Assembly: GCA_951406725.2 (NCBI GenBank)
Contig: OX597822.1
Location: 31,496,001 to 31,560,000 of the forward strand
Length of the DNA: 64,000 nucleotides
Reading direction: 5' to 3'
DNA from: Octopus vulgaris
Lineage: Eukaryota
Positions 40,549 through 54,951 of the stretch are shown in pieces. The notes under the pieces are model-generated. The model saw only the letters and a program-made list of their open reading frames with translations. It was not told the DNA's origin and did no database searches. The translations under genes and the position numbers were made by a program. Within the stretch, counting starts at the first letter, position 1. Each line of letters begins with the position of its first letter.

Positions 40549-41574
40549 TGTATGTTATAGACATATACAAACACATGGACACACACATGCATCTTTAAAC
40601 ATAATTGCATATACAGCATATCATAGTATGAGGTTGTACGGGATTCTAAGTATATCGATCCATCGAACCAATCGGATATTAAATGTACAAAGTAATTCCA
40701 TTTGAGCCGACCATTTGCGCATGTTATAGGTTGTAGCCAACATAAGAAAGCAAGACTGCTGCAATAAATCACATCACCTATTCGAACATTTACTCTATTT
40801 TATTTTTATCTATATTTAGTTTTATAGTTATGTAATTTCTCTGGTATGAGCATCATTTTAGATAATATCTTATTTCTAGAAGAATCCATCTAAAATTATG
40901 ATTCTAGAGATTGATTGCGTTACGGTCATATCTGTAAGATCTAGTAGAAATAAACCTACTGGATGTTCTTTAAGGTCCGAATGACAACCTAAAGGTTGAA
41001 GAAACAACTGTTTCTTGGTAATTATGATTTTAAAATGTCAATACCATATTCTATTTTGGCCAGTCATTCCCAGTTTCTTTTCACATCAGCTTTAGTATCA
41101 TTTCACTTGCAGCGTTTACACTATTACTCCTATTTTAGATTATGCAATACTTTTAAGTGCAAAAGGAAAACAAAAGCACTCAATTGACTACACCGAAGAC
41201 TCGTAAACCAAATACTGGTCCATCTCGATTTCATAGCATTTGGAGTAAATAAAATGGTATAATGCACTTTTATTCTATATTAGCCCCGCTATCTAAAGGT
41301 AAAATAAATATGGACAGCGTGAGCAATATATTATAAAACCCAAGCGCTTCAATATTTTTCGTTTCGTAGTAGAATCGCTATCCAAATACTGAGACAACGT
41401 AATATGTATATGTATATATATATATATTTATTGAGAGAATTACAGTTTACGAATTAAAATACAATTAAGATTCAGTTGAATTAGATCATTAAATTGAGGT
41501 ACATTGTCTAGTCGGAGTAACATGCGTAATCAACAATATTTACCTGTCATTACTAGATATTTACATCCAGCATT

Positions 41575-41701
41575 AGCAGGATAATGTAGATACGAATGTA
41601 CCAAATCCAATTTAAATTATAGATCCGATTCTGGGGTTGTTCATTAGTGTGGCGTAGGTATAAAATGTAAATAAATGGCGCTTACTTCATATATATATAT
41701 A

Positions 41702-41749
<48 letters not shown>

Positions 41750-43080
41750 GAAGCATGTGAATGTTCATAAATTCTTGATCTTCACTTATTAGTCATCTCA
41801 CAGAAAGTTATCTGAAATCATGACGCAAGTGCAACAGCCACTTGGTGCATGAGTGCCAGCCACATGATATTCTCGCAGTGCATGGATATACAGGACATAA
41901 CATGGACACAGCTGATCCTTTTTATGATTGAACTTCATGAATTCATTACGGCCGTTTCTAATGACGCATTTAATTCATTAATAAGTACATCACATCATTG
42001 CAAATAAATCGTTTTCGGCAAATGAATTCATGATCTTCAAACATAAAAAAGATCATTCTGTCGAACAGAATGGTAACAGGATCAATGTATATATTTCTAC
42101 TCCGTGAATTTGTTAATAATGATGAATAAGTTGAGCTGACCTTTATGTCTAAAGATCATAAATCCATCTGACGAAAACGGTTTGTTTGCAATGATGTAAT
42201 GTTCCCATTAATCAATTAAAGGAGTCGTTAGAAATGGCCGCAATTAATTGACGCCTGCAGCTCTTTGTTATATATGTAGTAATCCCTAGCCATATCACGA
42301 TTCTCCGATCGGGGTTTAATATTTAAGCTTACCTTCATGGTGTTGTTTAGCATTTACAATAAAATAATTATACACAAATTATAAAAATAATAAACAAAAA
42401 TATACAGTATAGTACTTTTTTCACTTCCTGGATTTTCACCTATCCTGTGGGGTTTCGGAAAGTAACGCACGCGATAGTCGAGGGATTACGGTGTGTATAT
42501 ATATATATAATAACAAAATAGTAAGTAAAACATATGCATATATACATACATATATGTACGTACCTACATCTATATGTATATATGCATGCATTTATGGTTA
42601 CAGAACACAAAAAAAAAAACGAACGTCGAACACAATGAGAAGCGAAAACATAAAAACAGAACCATGGAAACGGACATTCTTTTAAACAAGGAAAAAACAG
42701 GGTAGAAGACATACAACACAAGGAAAATTCCCCTTCTTCAGCCTCCTCCGTTTCGTCTACTCCGCGTTATATATATATATATATATCTATATATAACACG
42801 CACACACATACACACACATATATGATATATATACAGATGATTTAGTTATAAGGATTCCTTTGAATCTAGGCACATCAAGAGACACGATGCCAGAAACGGC
42901 TACTGATGTAAACAAAATTGAAGACATATAGTGGTAGTAGGATAATGTAGATACAAAAGTATCAAATCCAATTTAAATTGTAGATTCGATTCGGGAGATG
43001 TTCATTATTTTGGCGTAGGTATAAAACAAATGGAGCTTACTTCATATATGTAGGTGTAATCTCTTTCTCTCTCTCTCTCT

Positions 43081-43162
<82 letters not shown>

Positions 43163-43272
43163 AGGGAGAGAATACAGAAACATGTGTAGGTGTATGTTCA
43201 TAAATTCTTGATGTTCACTTATTAGTCATCTCACAGAAAGTTATCTGATATTAGTGCGCAAGTGCAACACCC
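41575..43272 (+). repeat. Diverged direct duplication (41575-41840 vs 42935-43272), each copy split by a microsatellite
   Basis: ggataatgtagatac..aaatccaatttaaatt..ggcgtaggtataaaa..cttacttcatat and gttcataaattcttgat..cacttattagtcatctcacagaaagttatctga shared. Confidence 0.85.
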
Positions 43273-44094
43273 GCTTTTTTGTGGCTTGATAAATCAAGCA
43301 TTAATTACGTTAATCCGATTTTTGACTTGCGAATTATATTGTAAAGTAAGATTTTCACATCACAGACAGCTGCCTTAAACTTTACGGTCTCACAGACCGT
43401 GAAAGTTGTTTTACAATATTTTCTGTCATATTGCCACCTACGGATTTTGTTTCTTCACGCATATACCGCTCTGACGTCTCTTTCCCGACGCTATACAAAT
43501 TTCTATTCAGAGATATTTCACAGGCATTTGGGGGTGGGGATATGTATCATATATCTGTGTTATTTGAACGTACCCTTTTGTATTCATGTCTCATATTGGA
43601 GCTCCACCTTTCCTTGTCTGCTAAAAATGTCTTCTCCTTTGATAGTTTTACGAAATATATTTCCTGTATTCTATGTTTTAGAGAAGAATAACTAAATTAG
43701 TTGTTTTTATAGAAAAACAACTTGGGAACTTTCGAGAAATTACGGAGGATTCTAACTTCGCAAATACTCGTGGGTATAAAGAGGAAGTTAAATATTCCGA
43801 AACCTGGATAGCAAGACAGCTGTGGAAGGGGAGTTCTGACGAATCAGGAATAAATCTTGGTAGCAGCTCCTTCCCTTCTATGGTGGAAAGACTTTACATG
43901 ATTATATAATAAACATCCACTTGAACGATGCATAAGCAAAGGGCTGGAAATTTCTTGGCTGTAAGAATATCGAGAAAGACCGGCTGGAGGCCCAACCTTC
44001 CGAGTTCTACTACAGGGCTTAGAGAATCTGAAGGACTTCTGCAATGTGAGGATATGCTGAATAAAACCATATTTAACTGATCATTCTGTATTTT

Positions 44095-44290
44095 CTTTGT
44101 CAAGTGATGTAGGGGACAAACACAGACACACACACACATAAGACGTACCTCCTGTAATTTACGTCTACCAAATCCACTCACAAGTGTTTGGTAGGTCCGA
44201 AGTTATAGTCGAAGACACTTGGACAGGTGCCACGTAATGGAACCGAACCTGGAACCAGGTGGTTGGGAAGCAGCCACACCTGCACCTATA
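44095..44290 (-). mobile_element. SINE family B 5' half
   Basis: ctaccaaatccactcacaag..gaagacacttgg..ggaaccaggtggttgg. Confidence 0.75.
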
Positions 44291-44293
44291 TAT

Positions 44294-44360
<67 letters not shown>

Positions 44361-44504
44361 CATACATGTATGTATATTTGAGAAGTATTCGTATCCAGAA
44401 CACCCCAGGTGGCAGTTGATGGTATGTAAGTTCTATGGAGGGATCGTAGTTAAAATCTCGTTTCGATAATAATACGAGGAGCCTAATGTTTAAAAGTGTG
44501 TGTA

Positions 44505-44547
<43 letters not shown>

Positions 44548-45777
44548 CTTTTTCTTCATTTACTACTTCCATTTACTACAATCCCTCAAGTGGTTGGAAC
44601 ATCTCGTTAAATATATCATCTATGCGCATGCTGCACACGTGTGGTTTAGAGATGTACGTATAAAGACTGTTTAAGTGCTTCGATCGAGTCCATTACTGTC
44701 GATCAGTGAAACAGCATTTTGATAGCACACGTGTTGTATCATTCACAGGAGATTTCAGTGATCAAACACAACACCATTCTGAAGCGAGCCTCATAAAATT
44801 ACACTTGCGTGACATGTCCCCACCCCTAAATTACGACCAAATAAACCTCGTCATGTATTCGAATATAAGATCTTACTCTCTCTCTGTCATTTTAATTCTA
44901 TGTATTTCTATATAGAGTACGATGATAACAAGTTATTTGACAAGATAATTAACCTTCACCGATCAGAATATATAATGACGGTACAGACATTCTTTTAACA
45001 ACCCACAGAATCCTTTAAAATATCTGCCATTAATGAAGAAATAGCCGATGCAATAATAGCGGAACATTTATCTATAAGAATCCTCAATGATTCGAATCAC
45101 AATTGCTGACTGCTTTACAGCTAGTTATATGCCATTAGCTTTCTATACTGTAATGTCCAGTTAAGTCTCTTTAATCTTTATAATAAAGGGGAATTTTGGT
45201 ATAAGGTTACCGACTTTAATTGCGGATATAAACAATTGTTAACACAGTGGTTTAAACGAGAAATGTCTTTAGGCTGATGTAAATGTACATCACGCTACGC
45301 TAGAAATATAATAACTTGTGGGAACGCAGAAGGTCATTATGTATCCAGCTTCCTGCTCTGCATTCCTTGTGTTAGTGTGCTGGATTAAATAGGTTTATGC
45401 AATGCTATTTAATGATGATTTAACGTGTACACGTAAAACAATCTAATCGCAATGATGTATGTTATTCTCTATGTTGTTTCACGTTATTTGCTTTCTTATC
45501 AATGAAAGTGACGTAAAATGGATTATATCTTTGTTTATTCCAATCTACATGTATGTGGTCTCATACAGAAAACTGCATTTACATTTACACATAATGACGC
45601 ATATGTATACAAAAATTTACATATACATACGCACAGGCGCAAGCACACGCATACACAAACACACCTATAAAGATGCATGTATATATTTATGTGCGTAATA
45701 TACTTCGATTTGATTATTTATCTAAAACATTATGTTTAATTTTTTGAAAAACATTTGTTGATAAAATTAAGAAATAT

Positions 45778-46140
45778 TGGTTTGAAATTTTGGCACAGGG
45801 ATAGCAATTTCTGGGGTGGGTGTAAGCCGATTACATCAACTAAAATGCTCTACTGGTGCTTATTTTATTAACCTCGAAAGGATGACAAGCAAAATTGACC
45901 ACGGCGGAATATGAACCCGGAACGTAAAGACATTTGAAATACAGCTAAGCATTTTGCCTATCGTAAAAATGACACAGCTAGCTAGCCGCCTTAGAATTAA
46001 GAAATATTCTTTTCTAGTCTAGGCACAAGGTCTAAAATTTTGGGACAGGTGTCCAGCCGATTAGAACGACCCACTTGTACTAAATTTATCGACCCCGAAA
46101 CGATGAAAGGCAAAGTTGATCTCATAACGTAAAGACAGAC
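45778..46140 (-). mobile_element. Two degenerate family-A SINEs
   Basis: cgaaaggatgacaagcaaaattgacc and gaccccgaaacgatgaaaggcaaagttg cores. Confidence 0.7.
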
Positions 46141-47560
46141 AAATTAAGAAATATTAAGAAAAAATTTACATACGACAAAATAATGAAATAATATGCATTA
46201 CAATCGTACAAATTACTACTAAGATATAAGTGTATATACCAGAAAATATTTTTATAACTACGGATTTCAAAATATTAGGAAAAAATAGAAGATTCATTAA
46301 AACACGTGTAACTATAAATCTGCATAAATGAATAACTGACAGACATCAAATATGCAACAAAATTTCTCAGCCTTTCAATATATTCATATTTCTGTCAATT
46401 AAATATATCTATTTATGTAAGAATTCAATCAGGCATACACACATGCATGTATGGATGTATATATTTCTCCACGAGTACACAGACATTCTTGTCCATCGAG
46501 GCTTGCATACTAATGCAAAAAATTTACAATTATACTCCAGTCCATGTGAAGTATTTTAACATTTTAACGCATTTTCAATCTACTCATGTATGTGTACGTG
46601 TGTGTGTATGTATGTGTGTGTGTGTGTGTGCGCACATATATATTATTTGGGTCGCATCTATTTCTTACTATTTTGAGCTTCGTCTGTGAGAGCAGAGAAT
46701 CTTCAAGCAAGCTATGACTGCAAAATGAGGGAATTTACACTTCTATATATAGGTTTCCTGTCATAGGGGTTAATGGTGGAGAGATAATACGATAAAAAGA
46801 AGAAGAATCTATGTGATGAAATTGAAAGTGTGAAAATACAGGGCAATAAAAAGGAAAGAAAACAAAATAAAATGATAATAGAAAAGGAAGAAAGAGGGAG
46901 TAAGAAGAGAGGAGAAATAAGCATTGATCATCGATAGGGTAATAAGATGTGCGTGTATTTGAATGGTCAAAGAATGCAATGCAATATTAGATTAGCAGCG
47001 GAATGATTTGGGGATCCATTGACATTTAAAATAAGAAAATGATGAATGAATGAGTAAATACCCAAATTTTTTAACATATATATAAATACATCTCATGACA
47101 GATGAAGTGAACAGAAGGGAATATCAACAACAGAGTTGCTGATCTGAAAGACTGTTAAAAGCTGAGAAGGTAGCAATAGTAGTAACAGTGATTAAACATA
47201 GAATATTTACGGAATCAATGAAGGTCGGGAATTTTTAGACAAATTAAAACGGTGAGCTTTTAGAATCGTTTGCATGCCGGACAAAATGCTTGGATGCATT
47301 TCGGCTCTCTTTCCATTCTGAGTTCAAATATCACCTTTCTTTCTTTTGGGTCCGAGGAAATAAAAAAAAAACATTCGAGCACCGGTGTCGATGTGATCAA
47401 CGAGAAGCCATCCTCCAAAATTTTAGGCCTTGTGCCTATCGTAAAATGGATTAGTTTGCAGCAAAAATAAATACAGTTTTCGACATCAGATCTACATCCT
47501 TAATCTTTAAATTGATTTAGCTTGAGAGCTTCGTTCATGCTGAGGCACCACTGTTGACTG

Positions 47561-47838
47561 TACTACCCACAAGGGGCTAAACATAGAGAGGACAAACAAG
47601 GACAGACAAACGGATTAAGTCGATTATATCGACCCCAGTGCGTAACTGGTACTTATTTAATCGACCCCGTTACGTTCTGAGTTCAAATTCCGCCGAGGTC
47701 GACTTTGCCTTTCATCCTTTCGGGGTCGATTAAATAAGTACCAGTTTCGCACTGGGGTCGATGTAATCGACTTAATACCTATGTCTGTCCTTGTTTGTCC
47801 CCTCCATGTTTAGCCCCTTGTGGGCAATAAAGAAATAG
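47561..47838. mobile_element. Fold-back SINE family A (two partial copies fused in opposite orientation)
   Basis: 47561-47669 is the reverse complement of 47721-47829 with few mismatches. Confidence 0.9.
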
Positions 47839-48076
47839 GTATCAGAGGGTAGGGGGAACTTGCAATTGATCCAAATATCCACATCATTTCCACTGATGTA
47901 TTGCTTATATGCAATTCGTATTTATGTCGATACTGCATCTCTGCTCTTAATGTCCGTCAGAGAATCGACGTTTGGTTCGGGGTTAGAACGCACTGTATGT
48001 TCCTAAAATGTATATATCATTTGATATCTTGTTGTGCAACATTTATTTATGTGTGTGTGTGTGTGTGTGCGTGTGT

Positions 48077-48112
<36 letters not shown>

Positions 48113-48283
48113 GTGTGTGTGTGCTTTGCAGCATGATAAGAAAAAAGCAATATATTTCGAAAAGAAACCATTCAAAAGTTAATAACTGAAAAAAAAAGAG
48201 AGAGAGAGAGAGAAAGAGAAGAAGAGAGAGAGAGGGGGGGATAGAGAGAAATGGATAGATAGATAGATAGACAGAAATCTATG

Positions 48284-48325
<42 letters not shown>

Positions 48326-49043
48326 CACGCACACATATATTTATGTACATACGTATATATAAAATTGTGTGTGTAATTATAAATTGAGATTTTTTCTTAC
48401 TACGTTACACAAACATCTTTCAAATAGTATGTCGTTAATTCGTTATGTTAGTCTAGATCTTGTACGCTGTGTTTATTGGCTTCATTTAATTAAGATTAAG
48501 ATAACGAAGAAAACGTACTGGTTCTAAGTAGTTCTGCTTTGAAAGAAAACATGACGGTGTAACTATTATTTGTAATAGAATTATTGTAACGAATCTTAAG
48601 TAGATTTAGAGTTCATACGATACTGACCGTAGAATGTTGTCTTTGGTACTGTGTGGGTATTAATGGCAACCTCAGAAGCCAATGTTTGAGCATGTATGTG
48701 AGCGTTCAACCAGTTAAATTTAACAAATAAAATTTCCGTCACATTTCTGCAAACTACAGAAGAATACTAGAAAGTATAGTTGAAGGCCCTCCTAATAAGG
48801 ACACAAGATCACCATGGCTGAAATGTATCAAACCATAAGTTATTTTCTCATGGTTTCTTAGGACTAACTTCCCTTTGAAAATTAGTAATACAAGTATCTC
48901 CGCCTGGTATTAAACTTGTTAGATACAGTAGGTAAATTCTCCCAAATTATGTTGTACAATCTAAAAACATTTATGCACCTTGGTCAGTGCTGTTATAAAT
49001 GTGAGTGTGTGTATGTGTGTATGTATGTGTACATATATATATG

Positions 49044-49139
<96 letters not shown>

Positions 49140-49898
49140 GTAATACGTTACAAGGAGGCAAACACTCCAACATCGGTTGTCAAGTGATGCTGGGATGACA
49201 ACCACAGACACAAAAATACAATCACACACATATATACATATATATGTATGTATGTATGTGTGTGTGTGTGTGTGCGTATATGTGTGTATTACTATATGTA
49301 TACACACATGTATAACTTCAGTTAAATAAATAAAACTAACTCATTCAACTAGTAACTTCATAAACATACTTGTCGCTTTTAGGAGTCTTATATTTTGCAA
49401 GACCGCTGATTAGCATATGTTGTCCTAGGATTTCATTTTCTAAGTCGACACACTGGAATGCCTTACTACATAGTTAAACAGACATCACATTTTTTCTTAT
49501 TTTGGTTTTAAATGGATTTACTTTTGATTTGTGAAGAAGTAAACAGCGCCAAGGTTTCTCTTTCTTTTACTTTTTAGTATAGAAAACAAAAATACATTGA
49601 AACCTTAAGTTCTACAAGTTGGAATATAAAGTCCATATATGTCGAAAAATATACGTTATTCAATATACTTTTAAAGATACATGTTTGCATACATACATAC
49701 ATACATACATACATACATACACACACACACATACACACATATAAACGTGCATAGATGCATATAAAAGTACTTGTGGTGATATATATATATATATATTTAT
49801 AATAGGATTAGCTCGTATACGAGTAGGTATATATTTGTAAAAAATGAAGTTCGAAAATGATGCTGTATTATACAATTTTTAATTTTTATATATACATT

Positions 49899-49949
49899 AT
49901 AACATGTTTCAGTTCCTGAAATGAACCTTATCAAAAAAAGTTATATATA

Positions 49950-50036
<87 letters not shown>

Positions 50037-50240
50037 GGAAAGTTTACGAAAATAAACAAAAGACGAAGGCAGGTGGTGTAGAAACAAACAAATGTATTAG
50101 TATAGCGCTCAGGAATTGAAAAAGTCTTTTATGTTTCGAGCCTACGCTCTTCTACAGAAAGATACCCAGAAAAAGACAAGGACAGAAACAAGGACAGAAA
50201 AAAATGTGTGCAGTAGATAACGATCTATCATAGCGTCAGG
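49899..50240 (-). mobile_element. Two Penelope-like terminal remnants with degenerate hammerhead cores flanking a (TA)n tract
   Basis: TTGATAA-GGTTC..GAACT-GAAACATGTTA (49934-49899); CTGTAGA-AGAGC-GTAG-GCTC-GAAAC (50157-50133). Confidence 0.5.
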
Positions 50241-50785
50241 AATATATATATATGTGTATTACTATTTAACATTGTATCCGTGAACCAATACTTTTCAAGT
50301 TAAAATTTAACAGATAAAGTTTAAATCAAAAAATATTTTCTCCTCCAAATAATATCTTTGAGGATTTGTGAAAATATTTCTTTATGTAAAAACTAAACAA
50401 ATCAGTTAAGTAATAACGATTTTAAAAATATTTTTGTTATTCAGGTTGGCAATATCACGTCCGCTTTTTTTTTATCGTTGATTTCTTTTTTGTTCATTCA
50501 TTTTGATTTTGTTGATTCATTTCATTTTTATTTCACCAACCTATGTCTAATGAACTAAAATGCACCATAGCGTTGGTTTTATTGTTTCTCTGGCGGAGAT
50601 TTGATGCATTAATTCTGGCAGTGAGTTCGTTATCAGATAAGGAAGTAAAGAGTTGCACCTGACGCGCTCACATTCTTATGTATTCAAATATGTATACACC
50701 CATGCCAAAATACATACAAACACACACATACACTCATATGTATAAGACATTTGTATATAAATACATGTGTATGCATCTCAATTCG

Positions 50786-50831
<46 letters not shown>

Positions 50832-50980
50832 GCATATATATATACACATGAATGTATACATATATTTATGCATACATGTAATATATATACATACATTTAT
50901 GCATACATATAATATATACACACACATACATATATATATACACATATACATATATACACACACACACATATATATACACC

Positions 50981-51016
<36 letters not shown>

Positions 51017-51352
51017 CCCACATACATATTTATTTTATATATATATATATATACATATATATACAGAGGGCGAGAGAGAGAGAGAGAAGTTGCAGCTTGC
51101 ATCCCAACTGCTATACCCTCGGTCGACAGAGTAGGTACCGGGTTTAACAAAGCAGTAAGTACTCATTGATTAGACTAAAATTCTTCTGCGGTGCCCCAAT
51201 ATGGTTGCAGTCTAATGAGTGATACATGTAAAAGATGAAAAATAAAGAATAGAAAATAAAAGAGTAGCATTCGTCAAGCTATGTACGTGCGCGTGCCCAT
51301 GTGTATTAGAGAGCTTATATGAATGAGTGTAGATATATTTCACACACACAAA

Positions 51353-51410
<58 letters not shown>

Positions 51411-51896
51411 TATATATAAACTCATACACATACGTATATATATATATATGTATATATGTATGTGTATGAGTTTGTGCGTGTGTATGTGTGTGTGTATACG
51501 AATGTGAATGTTTATATGTAGACTGATAACTATATAAAGAAATAGAGGCGTTAATTAGTTGGATTATAAATATAAAGATGCAATCATATAGAAAATCATC
51601 ATAAATTCACAGACGCCAAGTATTCGTACGAGCGTATCGTTTTTCTTCTCTAAATATATATTGGCTTTAATATCATTTGGTGATAATCGTCTGAATAATT
51701 GCAATTATAATTCATTCTGAATTGAATGTGACAGATTTGCAGTTATATCATTCGCTATTATTTGGAATTTGTAGATGTTACTTTTAATAAGTAGCATTGC
51801 GCCTCAAAGACCTATGATAACAATTATTCCTGTTTCACCATCGGGTATTTGTTCAGCATATAAATCTATAATTTCGCTGCTCTCTTCCGCTATACG

Positions 51897-52809
51897 TACG
51901 AGGTGGTATCAGAAATTTCCAGACTAGTTATGTAGCTCGCCAACAGATAGCTGCACATAGTTGCCTGTGTAGTGGGAGCTAGCAGTGGCCCCCAGGAGAC
52001 AGTGTACGGAATGACATTGATGTTTTTACTTTGCAAGTTACGAAACTGATGATTTGGTGATCACGTGTACGCTGTAGTCTGCAATTCTATCTTGGAGAGA
52101 AAGAAAAAGCGTTAAACTTGGGACGTCTGCTACAGAGATACTGAGCTTGTTTAGGTAAGATTACAATGGTGAAGGCAATGGGTAGCACGCAGTGTTTCGA
52201 CTGGTACGAATGTTTCGAAGGTGGGAAAATATCAATGCAAAACAATGAACGATTTGGAAGACGAGCCTCACCACCCCACCGAAATATGATACTGTGCATC
52301 GAGAATTCCCCCCTCCACCAGGGCCAGACCCTCAAGTGAGAGTTCTACCGCGACGTTTTGAAGTGGTTGGGGGAGGTGGGGAACATTCTTTGAAAGCGAC
52401 CGGATCTGTGGAGCGGGAAAAATTGGATACTTCACGAGGACAATACACCTTGTCATCGAAATCTCCTTATCCGTGAGTTTCTCGCCGAAGCAACGTGGTG
52501 CCGCTTCCGTATGCACGTTATTCGGCAGATTTAGAACCTACGGCTTTCCGTCTCTTCCCAAAGACGAAAGTTCAACTCAAAGGTCACCGATTTAACCCCA
52601 TTGTCGAGATCCAGAATGAATCCCAGATCCTCGATTCACATACAGAAAATGACTTCCAGGCCGGATTTCAAAAGTGAAAGGAACGCAAGGACTGGTGCAT
52701 TTCTATGCAAGATGTCCCCTTTGAAGGAAATTATATTAAAACTTAGATGAATAAGTTTTATTTCTTTCTTAAACATAACAAGTCCTGGAACATTTTCATA
52801 CCCCCTCGT
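51897..52809 (+). mobile_element. Internally deleted mariner with both TIRs
   Basis: Left tacgaggtggtatcagaaatttccagactagt; right acaagtcctggaacattttcataccccctcgt; YSADLEPTAFRLFPKTK (YSPDLAP motif). Confidence 0.85.
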
Positions 52810-53481
52810 TGGGCCCTATAGGTATTCAATATATTAAAGGGAGATTAGCCGGATTTAGAGTGCTATCTTTAGCGTACTGTGCGTGCGACCACTAAAAGAC
52901 CGTCACTGCTGGTTTATGAATAGGTTGTCTTTCGTGTTAGCGAATTCGCAGAGTTAGCCTGCAAGCTATTGACGCCTAATAACGTCCTTGTTAGCCTACT
53001 GACTAAAACCAACAATACATGTATAAATATATATGAATGTAATTGTTTCTCAACTGATTTCATTGTCGGCACCGTTTTCTATACCATCGACTATTATTAA
53101 AAGTAATAGTTAACTCATTCTTAGTTATTAGTTATTCTTAAGCTAAATAAACAGCTCAGAGAAAGATAAATTGTCAGTGGGAAATGTTAGATGGAAGTTA
53201 TTTCTAGAAAATAGCTATTGGCGCTGAAAAGTATTCACTTTGGTTTTGTTTTGCTCTTACTGTTATTGTTTCTCGTAATGCTAATTTGTTTGCGTGTTGT
53301 CTTTGATGTATGCTGTCTTTCATCTTGCTATTGTTTATAAAATAATGCACCAGTCAAGTCCGGTGTACGATATTATCGACCCTCCCACTGCCCTTAGAAT
53401 TGGTGGCCTTGTGCCTAGATTTAAATAATTATCTTGTTGTTTTTAACGAAAGTGCAAGGTTATAAGTTTGTAAGTGAATTG

Positions 53482-53710
53482 AGGCGGCGAGCTGGCAGAA
53501 ACGTTAGCACGCCGGGCGAAATGCTTAGCCGTATTTCGTCTGCCGCTACGTTCTGAGTTCAAATTACGCCGAGGTCGACTTTGCCTTTCATCCTTTCGTG
53601 GTCGATTAAATAAGTACCAGTTACGCACTGGGGTCGATATAATCGACTTAATCCGTTTGTCCTTGTTTGTCCCCTCTGTGTTTAGCCCCTTGTGGGTAGT
53701 ACAGAAATAT
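53482..53710 (+). mobile_element. SINE family A, full length
   Basis: Consensus-like copy. Confidence 0.9.
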
Positions 53711-53834
53711 ATGTTTGTAAGTTAATTAAGACGACTCTAGTGCAGGTTTGATTCTGAAGTGGGTTTCGTCGACTAAGCCCTCTCTCTCCCTAATTTCTGG
53801 CCTTCTGCTTCTTTTAGTTACAGTTAATCTAGTG

Positions 53835-54560
53835 GGTACGGTGTTGCCCTCACGATTGCAAGATCGCAGTTTCAGTTCCTACCGATTGGGGAGTTGTGTT
53901 CTGGAGCAAAAACTTCATCTCACGTTCCTTTGCGATGACATCGTGCGTCTGTACAGGCAATGCCTATTTGATGAAAGGAGCAAGCTAATGTGCAGCACAT
54001 ACAATTGATCACTATAAACAAATCACTTGTGCAGGTCGCTCGGCAAGAGGTGTCTTCGACGGGAGCGACCTTCGTCGTCGTCATCATCGTCGTTGCTGTT
54101 GTTTAACATTATTATTATTCCACGCGGCGAGCTGGTAGAATCGTTAGCACCCTGGGCAATACGCTTATCGGTATTTCGCCCGTCGCTGCGTTCTGAGTCC
54201 AAATTCCGACGAGGTTGACTTTGCCTTTCATCCTTTCGAGGTAGATAAACTAAGTACCACTGAAATACTGAGTTCGATGTAATCACCTTAATCCCTTCCC
54301 CCAAGCTGCCCTTGTGGCAAAAATTAGAAATCATCATCATCATCATCATCATTATTATTATTGGCGAACTGGCACAATTGTTAACGCGCCGGACGAAATG
54401 CTTAGCGTATTTCATCCGTCTCTAGGTTCTGAGTTCAAATTCCGCCGAGGTTGACTTTACCTTTCATCTTTCGGGCTCGATGAAATAAGTACCAAGTAAT
54501 GCACTGGGTTCGATGTAATCAACTTAAGCACTCCCACCAAATTTGTGCCTATATTAGAAA
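53835..54560 (+). mobile_element. SINE cluster: one family C and two family-A variants
   Basis: Family cores at 53835-54050, 54123-54330 and 54362-54560. Confidence 0.8.
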
Positions 54561-54581
54561 TTATTATTACTATTATTATTA

Positions 54582-54855
54582 TTCTATGTTTGACTTTTGC
54601 TTTATATTTGTACAAGTTGGCTCCAAGTCTCACCCAGAGACCTCAAGAGACAACAGGTTGGAAGTTCATGTTGTTGTTATGCCTAGTGTGCCATATATTT
54701 GGTTTTGTATTTAGTGTTGTACTAGTGAATGTCTAACAAAAGAAAACATACGAAAATTATGTTTGTTTTAAAACTTGAGATTACATAGAAAGTATTTTGC
54801 ATAGGATATGAGCAGTTCCCATGAGCACTATCTTTTAATTGCCATGTTCTAGGCA
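54582..54855 (-). mobile_element. R4/Dong-type LINE, short 5'-truncated copy
   Basis: 3' UTR nearly identical to 54949-55180; ORF end KIVLMGTAHILCKILSM; (AAT)n on both sides. Confidence 0.85.
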
Positions 54856-54884
54856 TTATTATTATTATTACTATTACTATTATA

Positions 54885-54948
<64 letters not shown>

Positions 54949-54951
<3 letters not shown>

